From the NCBI RefSeq assembly GCF_006345805.1, contig NW_021831663.1, positions 1 through 34,584 of the forward strand: DNA of 34,584 nt, given 5' to 3'. The notes under the pieces are model-generated. The model saw only the letters and a program-made list of their open reading frames with translations, ran no database searches and was not told the origin of the DNA. Every line of letters starts with the position of its first letter. Position 1 is the first letter of the stretch. Origin of the DNA: Octopus sinensis. Lineage: Eukaryota. Made by a program: the position numbers and the translations under genes. Shown in pieces: positions 13,030-25,647 of this stretch.

Positions 13030-13255
13030 CTGAAATAAAGTATTGTTAGAAATGAATCCGGAGTATTCCGCCTATATATATGTATATACAAGCAATTATG
13101 CCCCTACGTGATTTTGCATGTGCAGAAATGCAGATGCACACACATGCCACGTTAAGTCACTGAAATACATTTATTCACAGTTGTATGGATACCTATCCAT
13201 CCATGCATACAATACTTACTTACATGTATATGTACATAAGTACACAGCACCCACG

Positions 13256-13286
<31 letters not shown>

Positions 13287-13349
13287 TTGTATGTATATAT
13301 ATGTATATATGAGTGTTAGTGTGTGTCTGTGTCTGTGAGTGGATGTGTG

Positions 13350-13660
13350 AACACGCATGGCTCTGGTTAAGTGGTTTCATTTCACTCACAATTGCGAGGT
13401 CGTGGGTTCGATTCCCAGACCGGGCGTTACGTTGTCTTCATAAGCAAAGTAATCCATTTCACGTTGCTCAGCGATCATTTGTCGTTGCACCTTTACAAAT
13501 AATGTCGATTTGATGGAGGTGTGTAACTTATGCGTAAGACAAACATTTGATGACTATAATCATCTGCGTAGTTGTTTGCTAAGACATTGTGGAACCCTCA
13601 CTTGGTGTTCAACAACGGGTGAGTCCATCATCGCCGTGAGCGGTACATCATTTGTACAAT
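13350..13660 (+). mobile_element. Degenerate tRNA-derived SINE related to 24943-25268
   Basis: B box gggttcgattccc followed by atttcacgttgctc, shared with the 25-kb SINE. Confidence 0.65.
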
Positions 13661-13695
13661 GTGGAAAATATACCGCCAACTTTGCACAAACGACC

Positions 13696-14125
13696 TAAAC
13701 ATTAGCTTCAGGTTCACCCAAGACTTGGACCACGGGCTATACGTCCCCTGCCCAATTCAAGATCACAACATACATGCACTGCAACATGATTTCTTTTCCT
13801 CAACAGGCCCTGCGCTATTTAACATTGTCCCGAGGGAGATCAAAGAGGAAAAGGATCCCATCAACTTTAAACAGAGTCTGGATAGATTCCTTCAAAGAAT
13901 ACCAGATAAGCCACTCATAATTGGATACAACTCACCCAACAAGAACTCACTACTTGAACAAACTGGATACAACTCACCCAACAAGAACTCACTACTTGAA
14001 CAAAACGTGACTGGAACAAAACTTGACTTAAACAGGATTCGAATAATCCTATCAGGTGGTGCTATTAAGTTAGACATGGCCTGGACCAATCTTTGGTCGA
14101 AACATATCTAAGTTTATCTAAGTTT
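13696..14125 (+). mobile_element. 5'-truncated LINE (CR1/L2 group) 3' end
   Basis: GPALFNIVPREIK..FKQSLDRFLQRIPDKP..GY..NSL C-terminus; (ATCTAAGTTT)2 tail; internal 42-bp tandem duplication (GYNSPNKNSLLEQ twice). Confidence 0.8.
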
Positions 14126-14134
14126 ATATATATA

Positions 14135-14259
14135 TATTAGAAGAAATGAGTTAATCAGAAGATCGGATGGTTTATATTTACAATATATTTTATATATTAC
14201 TTTTTTATATATATTACATATCACTTAGATCATTAGCGCTTTCTCATCATTCTAGTGGG

Positions 14260-14264
<5 letters not shown>
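14135..14264 (+). repeat. Short interspersed repeat; inverted copies at 18681-18850 and 25297-25470
   Basis: agaagaaatgag..aatcagaagatcggat...atcattagcgcttt...ctagtgggg reverse-complements those copies. Confidence 0.8.
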
Positions 14265-14300
<36 letters not shown>

Positions 14301-14369
14301 ACATGCACTCACACATCATTCACACGATCTTTCTCCTCTATCTCTCTTCCCCTTCCTCTCTCTCTTTCC

Positions 14370-14402
<33 letters not shown>

Positions 14403-14457
14403 TTAGTGTAGGAAGAAATGGAGCTGAACGAAGATTTAACAAAATTCCTTTTTATTA

Positions 14458-14541
14458 TTTTCTACATATGTTTCAAAGGCTGCAAAGTCCCTAATTCGGA
14501 TTGAATAAGGAGACCATTTTGCAGCCTTCTCTTCAGGAAAA
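14458..14541 (-). ncRNA. Type I hammerhead ribozyme, intact core
   Basis: Reverse complement of the ribozyme at 14728-14810. Confidence 0.85.
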
Positions 14542-14727
14542 TCCAGGAACTTAATTCTCCAACAAGATGCACAGCAAGCTTTTCAACAAACGCTCACGAG
14601 GAGCCCATGGGATAAATGGCGTCAACGCATACTGAGAGACAGTTTTGTGCCATTTATCCCATGGGTTCCTCGTGAGCGTTTGTCGAAAAGTTTGATGTGC
14701 ATCTTGCTGGAGAATTAAGTTCCTGGA

Positions 14728-14810
14728 TTTTCCTGAAGAGAAGGCTGCAAAATGGTCCCTTATTCAATCCGAATTAGGGACTTTGCAGCCTTTGAAACAT
14801 ATGTAGAAAA
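14728..14810 (+). ncRNA. Type I hammerhead ribozyme, intact core
   Basis: ttttc-CTGAAGA-gaaggctgcaaa..gtccct..agggac-tttgcagccttt-GAAA-catatg-TA-gaaaa; stem I, a long stem II and a palindromic stem III all pair. Confidence 0.9.
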
Positions 14811-15012
14811 TAATAAAAAGGAATTTTGTAAATCTTCGTTCAGCTCCATTTCTTCCTACACTAAATATATAAAACTTCAATTTCCGCACTAAGGCACGGT
14901 TTGAGACCCATGGTCGTAACCTCAACCGTGATGTTTCGTTGTGATTTTTGCTACCCAGGTATCGGTTATCATTTGAATAATCCGTAACAAGATAATTCAT
15001 TTATCCATTTCA

Positions 15013-15043
<31 letters not shown>

Positions 15044-15048
15044 TATAG

Positions 15049-15101
<53 letters not shown>

Positions 15102-15181
15102 TAATACAGTGATTGTTTCTTGTCAGGAACAGAAAGATTAATACGACTGCTATAGAAGTGCTCTATTGAAAGAGACAATAT

Positions 15182-15471
15182 ATCAAACGAAGGTTATAAA
15201 CAAACAAAAATGCAAGGTCATCCGCATAAACAATTCTATTCGATCGAACATTTAATCATAGAATATACATATAAACCCCCGCAAGATGGAACATAATTCA
15301 TCTGTACAAGCATATAAGCATATAAGAAGGTGCGAGAAAAAAGTTCATCACGGTTTAGAGTTAATACTTTAGCGATTCAGAAAAAAAAATTTTTTTAAAA
15401 ACATTACAACACCTAGAAAATAAAAATATATATAAAGTAATATATAAAATATATAGGTATATAAAATATAT

Positions 15472-15505
<34 letters not shown>

Positions 15506-18500
15506 AGGCATATAAAATATATGATATATATCGTGTAAATAAAAATAAAGTTCATCGTTAAGAAATATTATAAAATTATTATTCAAGTAAGAGAAGCCTT
15601 ATAGTTAAAAAAGAGGAAATCATATTTACTTAATTCCTATGGCCATTTCATGGGTGTATTTTATGTTTAAAGCACTAGGGTGCATCAAGATAATACCTCC
15701 TTCGTCAGGGGAAAAATAAAGAAGACAGACATCATCGCGTACCAGGCTAGAACAATGTTCTGTGCTTTCCTATTGAAGCATTCATGCTCGGATAAGCCCA
15801 AAAGAAAGAATTAAAGCAGTAAAAAAAATTTTCTTTTAAAGCAGTAGAGAAATAAGGCGGTAAAAAAAATGGGTGTATTGAAATAAATTAAGTTCAATTA
15901 AATTAAATTGAATTAAATTGAATTAAATTGAATTAAATTGAGCCTCCGTGGTTTAAAACCTGTAAAAGCTAAATTATTTATTTTCTACAACTTATTTTAT
16001 TCCTATAGACTTAAAAAATGGGTGTATTAAATTAAATTAAGTTCAATTAAATTAAATTGAATTAATTGAATTAATTGATCCTCCGTGGTTTCAAATCCTG
16101 TAAAAGCTAAATTATTTATTTTTATTTTCTACAACTTATTTCTATAGACTTTAAGAATGTAGAAGAAAATTTATGGATGCAAAAGGGAATCACGTCCGTA
16201 AATTTATTCAGAACGTGCGGTCCATAACACCTAAGGATGGTAAGTGATTCCCTTTTGCATAGCTTAAACTTGTTAATATTTCTCTTGAAATTTGGGGTTT
16301 TAGAAATAATGGACCATTCTAGATGATAATTCTTATTATTTTTCTTCAAGTTGTGTATATCGGATGCAAGTTAGTTGAGTTACAGTATTTGTCGTTAGCA
16401 AAGGGGCTCATATGTGATCTATATCTCGCCTTAAAGTCTATCGTGCTACCTATATAAAATTTATTTAGCTTATCTTCGTCCTTCACTATACATTTATATA
16501 TAATGTTGGTAACTAGACAGAACCATCTAAAGGACATAATTCGGGTTTTCTACAGTTAGATGTCTTTCCGGGCCTTTCCTAGTTTATTCCTATTGTTACC
16601 TTTACTTATTGTATCTCCAGTTCCAGACGGGTTCCCACCTTCATTCCATCAAATCTTCCCTTATTACATGGGTTCGATATACCCGGTAAAGGCAGACTGC
16701 TTGTAGCATTGGCATTAGGCGTTACAAGATTATCATACGCAGTTCCTGTGTCATCCTCAAAGGAACTTTTTCCGCTATTCCACCCAGCAAGCTTGCTTCT
16801 ATTGATTGAAGCAATGATGGAAGCAAAGTTAGGCATTACAGAGTAAGAGAATTTTATCGTTGACTTGTTGCAGATGCTATAGTATTTTGATTCTTTGGGA
16901 AGTTCTCCTTATGAATTCTAAAAAACCTTTTTGCTAAATTCCTTTCTCTAAGGGAAAAGGGGGGCGAACCAAACACTTCCCTTATTCTAGACCGTGAACC
17001 TCCCGTTTTGTTTAACTCCTTATCAAAATTACTAATTTTCTTATACCTGTACCTATTACCTATTGCGAGTATCCCTAAACATATTACTATTCAAAGGCCT
17101 GTTATTATTGCAGTTGGGGGGGGTTCTCTGCATTATTTATAGTATTTGTAATGTGCTTAATTGGCAAACCAGCCATTTTGTTTTTGAGTCTAGTATTAAG
17201 GATATAAATATTTTAGATTTGAAACAACTTAAACTTAGGGTATTATTATACCACCGGTGCATGCTGTTCAAAAATCTTTTCATTCGCAGATAAGTTAGAT
17301 ATTCTAGTTGAAATCGCAGTAATGATGCGGTCTATTGTGGATTTGGGGGTTGGATGATACATTATATATTGATTTATTAGGCTTAGGAAGGGATAATAGA
17401 GACCGGTATTTAGACTCAAGGTAACATCCAAAAAGTTTACCACCCTAGAGTTAATGTCGAAGATGATGTTAAGATTTAAAAAATCCCTCAAGAAGCTTCT
17501 CAGCGACTTCTTTAATCTGTTTTTCCGTCTTAGAGAGGCCCAGCACGGCAAAGAGGGCATCATCCCTTATAATCCACCAGTAAGATTAGGGAAGCTTTTC
17601 TTAATTCCCGAGAGAGATATAGGCCAACTAGGTCTGTAACCTGTGCAGAGTCTGATGACTCCATGGTTGTATCAAAAAATTTGTTGGGTCGGCTCTCTGC
17701 CAGTCACTCTCGTTATAGGAGATAAGTGTTTCTCTTGCCGCCAAAATTACCCCTATATCCGACTTAGGTATATCTACAAACCTTCTTGCAAATATTAAGG
17801 CTTTGTTTAACAAGATAGGGCTTATAGAGCTATAGTAATTCGAAATGTCGAATTGTATGAAATTGAGCTTAGGTTTCTTTGAGAGAGTCAAAACCAAAGT
17901 ATCACATCCTCAGTTCCTTTCCATAAGGGAGGTTGGACCTTTTCCCTCACAATTGGGATAATACCATCGATAATAAGTTTGCTGATTCTGCCCAAATCAG
18001 ACTTTGTCGGACATATCAATCTAATCGAAGGATTAGATAAAAATCAGACTATGGTCCTTCAATAAAGCATGGGGAGTATTTGGAGCATAAGGTTGGTTCT
18101 ATCAAGCAGGCCCAAACCAGAGATTATTTCCAATGGTTAGTATTAATCTTATTTATAGCATTTTTACTGCTTGTTTATAGCCTGAGTTTAGTTCCTTCAA
18201 TATCAAGTCGTTATACAAATTTGGTGGTACAGAGTAAATATTCCCGGTTTTATCAGACAATACATGTAGGTCAGGAGATGATTTCATGGACGATATCTTC
18301 TGAGATAGCAGCTTCTGGAAGGGATTGGTGTATTTTGAAAATTTCAAACGCTTAATTAAGTTCATCAGGTCCTGTTCAAACTTGGCAAGAGCTGGGTTGG
18401 ACGGAGGGTTTCTATAGGTTTTAAGCTTATATGCTTGTACAGATGAATTATGTTCCATCTTGCGGGATGTTTATATGTATATTCTATGATTAAATGTTCG

Positions 18501-18558
18501 AATTATGAATTGTTATGCGGATGACCTTGCATTTGTTTGTTCTATAACCTAGTTTGAT
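15182..18558 (-). mobile_element. Naiad-type Penelope-like element A, copy 1 (RT + GIY-YIG, frameshifted)
   Basis: SDKTGN, FIQFDISNYYSSI, VVNFLDVT and IIYKC..FYIGST motifs; inverted terminal arms 15182-15326 / 18425-18558; extra ~140-bp tandem duplication at 15864-16152. Confidence 0.92.
15634..15713 (-). ncRNA. Hammerhead ribozyme in the 3' UTR of element A1
   Basis: ttccc-CTGACGA-long stem II-GAAA-tggcca-TA-ggaa; base of stem II imperfect. Confidence 0.7.
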
Positions 18559-18615
18559 TATATTATATATATATATATTATATATTATATATTATATATA
18601 TATATATATTATATA

Positions 18616-18660
<45 letters not shown>

Positions 18661-18887
18661 CATACACACATACACATACATGAACCCACTAGAGTGGAAA
18701 AAGCGCTAATGATTTAAGTGATATGATATATATATATATATAAAAATGTAATATATAAATAAATATCTATAAATATAAACCATCCGATCTTCTGATTACC
18801 ACATTTCTTCTAATACATAATACCCGTACATCATCTCCAAACCTTCCAATATATATATAGTATATTATATATATATTATATATATAT

Positions 18888-19207
18888 TCCCGATTCAAAA
18901 TACGACCATCAGGGCATTCCCAGATTCTCCCACCCCCTTACCTCATCAGCCTTCTACTACTACCCTACCAAGAACTCACAACGACCTCCAACACACAAGT
19001 GCAAACAAGGGAGTCAGAGAAATGCAGAATGCTACTTATATCTGAACACTACTATAGAAATATTCCTTTAAAAAAACTTTTCTTCTATTTTTCTAAATTT
19101 AATAATTTAATCGTTACAGTTGAAAAGGTCTCAAAATGACCGAAACCGGTACTGAAATGTTCACTATAAAATTATTTTACCATTTTCTATTTTTGACTTG
19201 TTTTTTC
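18888..19207 (+). mobile_element. PLE 3' fragment with a degenerate minimal hammerhead (~19117-19154)
   Basis: cag-tTGAAaA-ggtc..gacc-GAAA-ccgg-TA-ctg; flanked by (TA)n on both sides. Confidence 0.65.
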
Positions 19208-19224
19208 ATATATATATATATATA

Positions 19225-19347
19225 TATATTAATTATCTTTTTTTAATAATTTCGATATATATTTAAATAATTAAATAATTAATCTTATGTATTGGCTTAA
19301 GTTTTTCATTGTATGATTTGCCTAATAGTGGTTTTTAATCTCTAATT

Positions 19348-19391
<44 letters not shown>

Positions 19392-19540
19392 TATATATAC
19401 CCATACATATACAGATATATGTATGTGTGTGTATGTATATAAGTACGAACATGTTGTCTGTGGTTTTGTACTACACAAACCACATATACACTAATCCCCC
19501 GTTTTAAAATTTCATTTCAATTAGGAACGTATATATAATA

Positions 19541-19573
<33 letters not shown>

Positions 19574-20450
19574 TATGATAATATATATTTTTATATGAGG
19601 GAATATATATATATACATATATATATACATATGTATATATTGTTGTATTTAGGAATTCCAATTTTTCCAGTTTAGCCAATAAAAACACACGCATTATATA
19701 TTTGGTATTACTATGGCTTCAGCGTTATTTATTCTTTACATTCATCTTAATCTTATTTCGGCCAGAGTTCTTTCGTCACACTCCTGTAACCGCATCAGTG
19801 GTCCTTTGCTTTCTTCTTTCTTTTTTGTGTGTCTCTCAATACTAACCGTCAGCCATATTGTATTTCTATTGTATGTGTCTTCATGTAGGCATGCGTATAT
19901 CTCTATGAGCGTCTATGTTTAGTTAGTGTGTGTGTGGGGGTGATGCCTGTAATATTTGTATCTCCTTTTTATATATGTTCGTGTAATGCACGCCCGAAAA
20001 ATACATAAACCACACCCACACACGGACACACATAGAACCCCTGAAAACAACACACTCAAACAACACACACACACATACATATGCACCTTCCACACACTCA
20101 TACGGTTGCACAGACACACACATACACACATGCGGACAAGTATACAACACAAACATACTCTGACAGAGACACACATATTCACGTACACGCACATAACATC
20201 ACCACCAACACAACACACACAAACATACACTCGAACACACACAGACGCACACATACATGAAAAATAATACATACACACATGCGCACACACAGTACCCTGA
20301 CAAACAAATCACACATACACACGCACAAGCGTTCACACATATACACGCACCATCCTGCTAAATATAAACGACACACATATACACAGACCCATACACACTA
20401 CACACTAAACTCTAAGTCCAATAAAAAAAACCAACACACACAAACACAAG

Positions 20451-20488
<38 letters not shown>

Positions 20489-20576
20489 TTCACTCACAAC
20501 GTTTTGAATTCTAAAACCAGTCCTCTTTTTACATCATCTAATTAGACGCATCTGCACGGAAGTTTCGCACCCGAGT
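19225..20576. repeat. Non-coding block X, copy 1 (duplicated at ~29165-30695)
   Basis: Colinear, near-identical sequence including a degenerate (CA)-rich tract; ends gtttcgcacccgagt in both copies. Confidence 0.93.
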
Positions 20577-20861
20577 GAGATAGATGCAGAAATTGTTTTC
20601 CATTTTCCGCCTCTGTGATTTGTTTTATTTTCAACGTACACTGATAAATTCCTGAAGAAGATCCAGCGACAATTGTATAATTACCGTTGATGACGTCAGG
20701 TAGCTATAGACATCGAACGTACTTTATCGGTATACTACTTGAAATATACCCATCACTTATATACTAATATCTGCTTCCCTTGCTTTATGCATCTCGTAAA
20801 GAAATATATGTGGTGATGGAAACATATTTTTTACAAAATATAATATAGATTTAAATTATAC

Positions 20862-20996
20862 CTTCTTGACAATCGACGCCTAAATATCCATCAGAACATC
20901 CACCTTCACATGATCCATTTACTCTGTTGCAGCTTTCGTTGTCGATACAATGACATGTTCGTTTACAATTTCGCCCAAATCTACCAACTTCACATT
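20862..20996 (-). CDS. EGF exon, type B, intact (ECEVGRFGRNCKRTCHCIDNESCNRVNGSCEGGCSDGYLGVDCQE)
   Basis: 135 bp, phase 1-1, open frame, canonical splice sites. Confidence 0.93.
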
Positions 20997-21246
20997 CTGA
21001 AAATATTAATATAAGCAAATTGAATTATATATTATTAGCTACATATAATAAAGGCCATGATTGCAATAACAGATTTAACTGAGATATCAATGATGTTCCT
21101 TCTACAGTATGCCCGTTGCTAAGAAAGAAGATTTTTGCTGTGATTATCATAGTATCTTATGATAAAGAAAAAGTTAACTACGTTTAGAAACACTAAATCA
21201 AATATAGAGAATTTTGAATAATTGGGGAAAGTGTATTAAAAATAAC

Positions 21247-21374
21247 CTTTTTGGCATTTGAATCCGGTGTATCCATTATCGCATTCACCTGGCACGATCC
21301 GTTTATGCGGTTACATGCTACGGAACAATGACAGGACTCATTGCAATTGTGACCAAGGCTACCATTGGGACATT
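21247..21374 (-). CDS. EGF exon, type A (ECPNGSLGHNCNESCHCSVACNRINGSC.GECDNGYTGFKCQK), 1-bp deletion and GG acceptor
   Basis: Cys pattern present; the acceptor reads tttcGG instead of tttcAG; 128 bp. Confidence 0.8.
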
Positions 21375-21593
21375 CCGAAATAAAAAAAGATGTTACAATG
21401 ACTTGCTATTACAAGAGTTTTATGATAAAGTATATTTCACTTTATATACCAGATACTGTAATTACTTTTAGAGTTACAAAGACCGGATATGGTTAAATAT
21501 TTATTTAATATAGCATTGTATTTCTACTTTGGGCAGTATTAAAGTTACTGTAGGGAATATTATAGTGAAAATATAAGTTTTGATGTTAATATG

Positions 21594-21884
21594 ATCAAAC
21601 TAAGCTTATAGAACAAACAAATGCAAGGTCATCCGCATAACAATTCATAATTCGAACATTTAATCATAGAATATACATATAAACATCCCGCAAGATGGAA
21701 CATAATTCATCTGTACAAGCATATAAGCATATAAGAAGGTGCGAGAAAAAAGTTCATCACGGTTTAGAGTTAATACTTTAGCGATTGAGAAAAAAAATTT
21801 TTTTTAAAAACATTACAACACCTAGAAAATAAAAATATAATATAAAGTAATATATAAAAATATATAGGTATATAAAAATATATA

Positions 21885-21936
<52 letters not shown>

Positions 21937-24902
21937 AGGCATATAAAAAACATATGATATATATCGTGTAAATAAAATAAAAGTTCATCGTTAAGAAATA
22001 TTATAAAATTATTATTCAAGTAAGAAGCCTTATAGTTAAAAAAGAGGAAATCATATTTACTTAATTCCTATGGCCATTTCATGGGTGTATTATTATGTTT
22101 AAAGCACTAGGGTGCATCAAGATGGTACCTCCTTCGTCAGGGGAAAAATAAAGAAAGACAGGCATCATCGCGTACCAGGCTAGAACAATGTTCTGTGCTT
22201 TCCTATTGAAGCATTCATGCTCGGATAAGCTCAAAAGAAAGAATTAAAGCAGTAAAAAAAATTTTCTTTTAAAGCAGGAGAGAAATAAGGCGGTAAAAAA
22301 AATGGGTGTATTGAAATAAATTAAGTTCAATTAAATTAAATTGAATTAAATTGAATTAAATTGAATTAAATTGAGCCTCCGTGGTTTCAAATCCTGTAAA
22401 AGCTAAATTATTTATTTTTTATTTTCTACAACTTATTTCTATAGACTTTTAAGAATGTAGAAGAAAATTTATGGATGCAAAAGTGAATCACGTCCGTAAA
22501 TTTATTCAGAATGTGCGGTCCATAACACCTAAGGATGGTAAGTGATTCCCTTTTGCATAGCTTAAACTTGTTAATATTTCTCTTGAAATTTGGGGTTTTA
22601 GAAATAATGGACCATTCTAGATGATAATTCTTATTATTTTTCTTCAAGTTGTGTATATCGGATGGAAGTGTAGTTGAGTTACAGTATTTGTCGTTAGCAA
22701 AGGGGCTCATATGTGATCTATATCTCGCCTAAAAGTCTATCGTGCTACCTATATAAAATTTATTTAGCTTATCTTCGTCCTTCACTATACATTTATATAT
22801 AATGTTGGTAACTAGACAGAAACCATCTAAAGGACATAATTCGGGTTTTCTACAGTTAGATGTCTTTCCGGGGCCTTTCCTAGTTTTATTCCTATTGTTA
22901 CCTTCACTTATTGTATCTCCAGTTCCAGACGGGTTTCCCTCCTTCATTCCATTAAATCTTCCCTTATTACATGGGTTCGATATACCCGGTAAAGGCAGAC
23001 TGCATGTAGCATTGGCATTAGGCGTTACAAGATTATCATACGCAGTTCCTGGGTCATCCTCAAAGGAACTTTTTCCGCTATTCCACCCAGCAAGCTTGCT
23101 TCTATTGATTGAAGCAATGATGGAAGCAAAGTTAGGCATTACAGAGTAAGAGAATTTTATCGTTGACTTGTTGCAGATGCTATAGTATTTATGATTCTTT
23201 GGGAAGTTCTCCTTATGAATTCTAAAAAACCTTTTTGCTAAATTCCTTTCTCTAAGGGAGAAAGGGGGAGCGAACCAAACAACTTCCCTTATTCTAGATC
23301 GTGAACCTCCCGTTTTGTTTAACTCCTTATCAAAATTACTAATTTTCTTATACCTGTACCTATTACCTATTGCGAGTATTTCTAAACATATTACTATTCA
23401 AAGGCCTGTTATTATTGCAGTTGGGGGGTTCTCTGCATTTATTTATAGTATTTGTAACGTGCTTAATTGGCAAACCAGCCATTTTGTTTTTGAGTCTAGT
23501 ATTAAGGATATAAAATATTTTAGATTTGAAACCACTTAAACTTAGGGTATTATTATACACCGGTGCATGCTGTTCAAAAATCTTTTCATTCGCAGATAAA
23601 TTAGATATTCTAGTTGAAATCGCAGTAATGATGCTGTCTATTGTGGATTTTGGGGGATTGGATGATACATTAATATATTGATTTATTAGGCTTACGAAAG
23701 GGATAATAGAGACCGGTATTTAGACTCAAGGTAACATCCAAAAAGTTTACCACCCTAGAGTTAATGTCGAAGATGATGTTAAGATTTAAAAAATCCCTCA
23801 AGAAGCTTCTCAGCGACTTCTTTAATCTGTTTAATTCCGTCTTAGAGAGGCCCAGCACGGCAAAGAGGGCATCATCCCTATATAATCCACCAGTAAGATT
23901 AGGGAAGCTTTTCATAATTCCCGAGAGTAGATATAGGCCAACTAGGTCTGTAACCTGTGCAGAGTCTGATGACTCCATGGTTGTATCAAAGAATTTGTTG
24001 GGTCGGCTCTCTGCCAGTCACTCTCGTTATAGGAGATAAGTGTTTCTCTTGCCGCCAAAATTACCCCTATATCCGACTTAGGTATCTCTACAAACCTTCT
24101 TGCAAATATTAAGGCTTTGTTTAACAAGATAGGGCTTATAGAGCTATAGTAATTCGAAATGTCGAATTGTATGAAATTGAGCTTAGGTTTCTTTGAGAGA
24201 GTCAACCAAAGTATCACATCCTCAGTTTCTCTCCATAAGGGAGGTTGGACCTTTTCCCTCACAATTGGGATAATACCATCGATAATAAGTTTGCTGATTC
24301 TGCCAAATCAGACTTTGTCGGACACAGCAATCTAATCGAAGGATTAGATAAAAAATCAGACTTATGGTCCTTCAATAAAGCATGGGGAGTATTTGGAGCA
24401 TAAGGTTGGGTTCTATCAAGCAGGCCCAAACCAGAGATTATTTCCAAATGGTTAGCATTAATCTTATTTATAGCATTTTTTCTTGCATGTTTATAGCCTG
24501 AGTTTAGTTCCTTCAATATCAAGTCGTTATACAAATTTGGTGGTACAGAGTAAATATTCCCGGTTTTATCAGACATGACATGTAGGTCAGGAGATGATTT
24601 TATGGACGATATCTTCTGAGATAGCAGCTTCTGGAAGGGATTGGTGTATTTTGAAAATTTCAAACGCTTAATTAAGTTCATCAGGTCCTGTTCAAACTTG
24701 GCAAGAGCTGGGTTGGACGGAGGGTTTCTATAGGTTTTAAGGTGAAAATTATTTTTCTCGCTTATATGCTTATATGCTTGTACAGATGAATTATGTTCCA
24801 TCTTGCTGGATGTTTATATGTATATTCTATGATTAAATGTTCGAATTATGAATTGTTATGCGGATGACCTTGCATTTGTTTGTTCTATAAGCTTAGTTTG
24901 AT
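21594..24902 (-). mobile_element. Naiad-type Penelope-like element A, copy 2
   Basis: ORF fragments 24801 to 22426: LKDHK..IRLLCPTKSD, FDIS, SDSAQVTDLVGLY, GLYRDD, FLDVT, NCR..CPLDGFC, FYIG; 142-bp inverted arms 21594-21735 / 24761-24902. Confidence 0.95.
22065..22145 (-). ncRNA. Hammerhead ribozyme in the 3' UTR of element A2
   Basis: CTGACGA ... GAAA-tggcca-TA-gg, as in A1. Confidence 0.7.
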
Positions 24903-24937
<35 letters not shown>

Positions 24938-24942
24938 TACAT

Positions 24943-25268
24943 AAAAAAAAGACTCCGCCGATTACGACGACGAGGGTCCCAGCTGATACGATAAACGGAA
25001 CAGCTTGCCGTGAAATTAACGTGCAAATGGCTGAGCATTCCACAGACACGTGTACCCTTAACGTAGTTCTCGGGGATAATCAGCGTGACACAGAGAGTGA
25101 CAAGGCTGACCCTTTGAAATACAAGTACAACTCATTTTTGCCAGCTGAGTGGACTGGAGCAACGTGAAATAAAGTGTTTTGCTCAAGGACACAACGCGTC
25201 GCCGGGAATCGAACTCACAACCTTACGATCATGAGCCGAATGCCCTAACCACTAAGCCACGCGCCCTC
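24943..25268 (-). mobile_element. Full-length tRNA-derived CORE-like SINE
   Basis: A box tggcttagtgg, B box gttcgattccc, CORE-like gtgtccttgagcaaaacactt, T-rich end; absent from the paralogous site near 18650. Confidence 0.88.
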
Positions 25269-25486
25269 ACACATATACATACACACATACACATTCATGA
25301 ACCCCACTAGAGTGGGAAAAAGCGCTAATGATTTAAGTGATATGATATATATATATATATAAAAATGTAATATATAAATAAATATCTATAAATATAAACT
25401 ATCCGATCTTCTGATTACCTCATTTCTTCTAATACATAATACCCGTACATCATCTCCAAACCTTCCAATATATATATATATATATA

Positions 25487-25647
25487 TATTATGTGAAATA
25501 GAAAGATGAATAATCTTGTCGTAGATTAATCAAAAGTTTAACCGATACCTTAGTAGCAAAAATCACAGCAGTGAACAGCACTAAGGTATCGGTTAAACTT
25601 TTGATTAATCTACGACAAGATTATTCATCTTTCTATTTCACATAATA
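25487..25647. repeat. Perfect 68-bp inverted repeat with a 25-nt loop at the 5' end of element B
   Basis: 25487-25554 is the reverse complement of 25580-25647. Confidence 0.95.

Larger units (their letters stand above)
14402..14865. repeat. ~460-bp fold-back of two outward-facing PLE 3' ends
   Basis: Arms 14402-14620 and 14649-14865 are near-perfect reverse complements; 28-nt spacer. Confidence 0.93.

Noticed and set aside
15890-15945. CRISPR-like array from (AATTAAATTG)n
   Set aside because: No spacers, eukaryotic context; a simple tandem decamer in the element 3' UTR.
20641-20730. Hammerhead at CTGAAGA (20652)
   Set aside because: No properly placed GAAA or convincing stem II; at best a decayed remnant.
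21594-24902. DNA transposon, because of the terminal inverted repeats
   Set aside because: The interior encodes RT and GIY-YIG, not a transposase, and no target-site duplication is evident.
25195-25268. tRNA gene
   Set aside because: A and B boxes are present but run into a CORE-like body and tail, so this is a SINE head.
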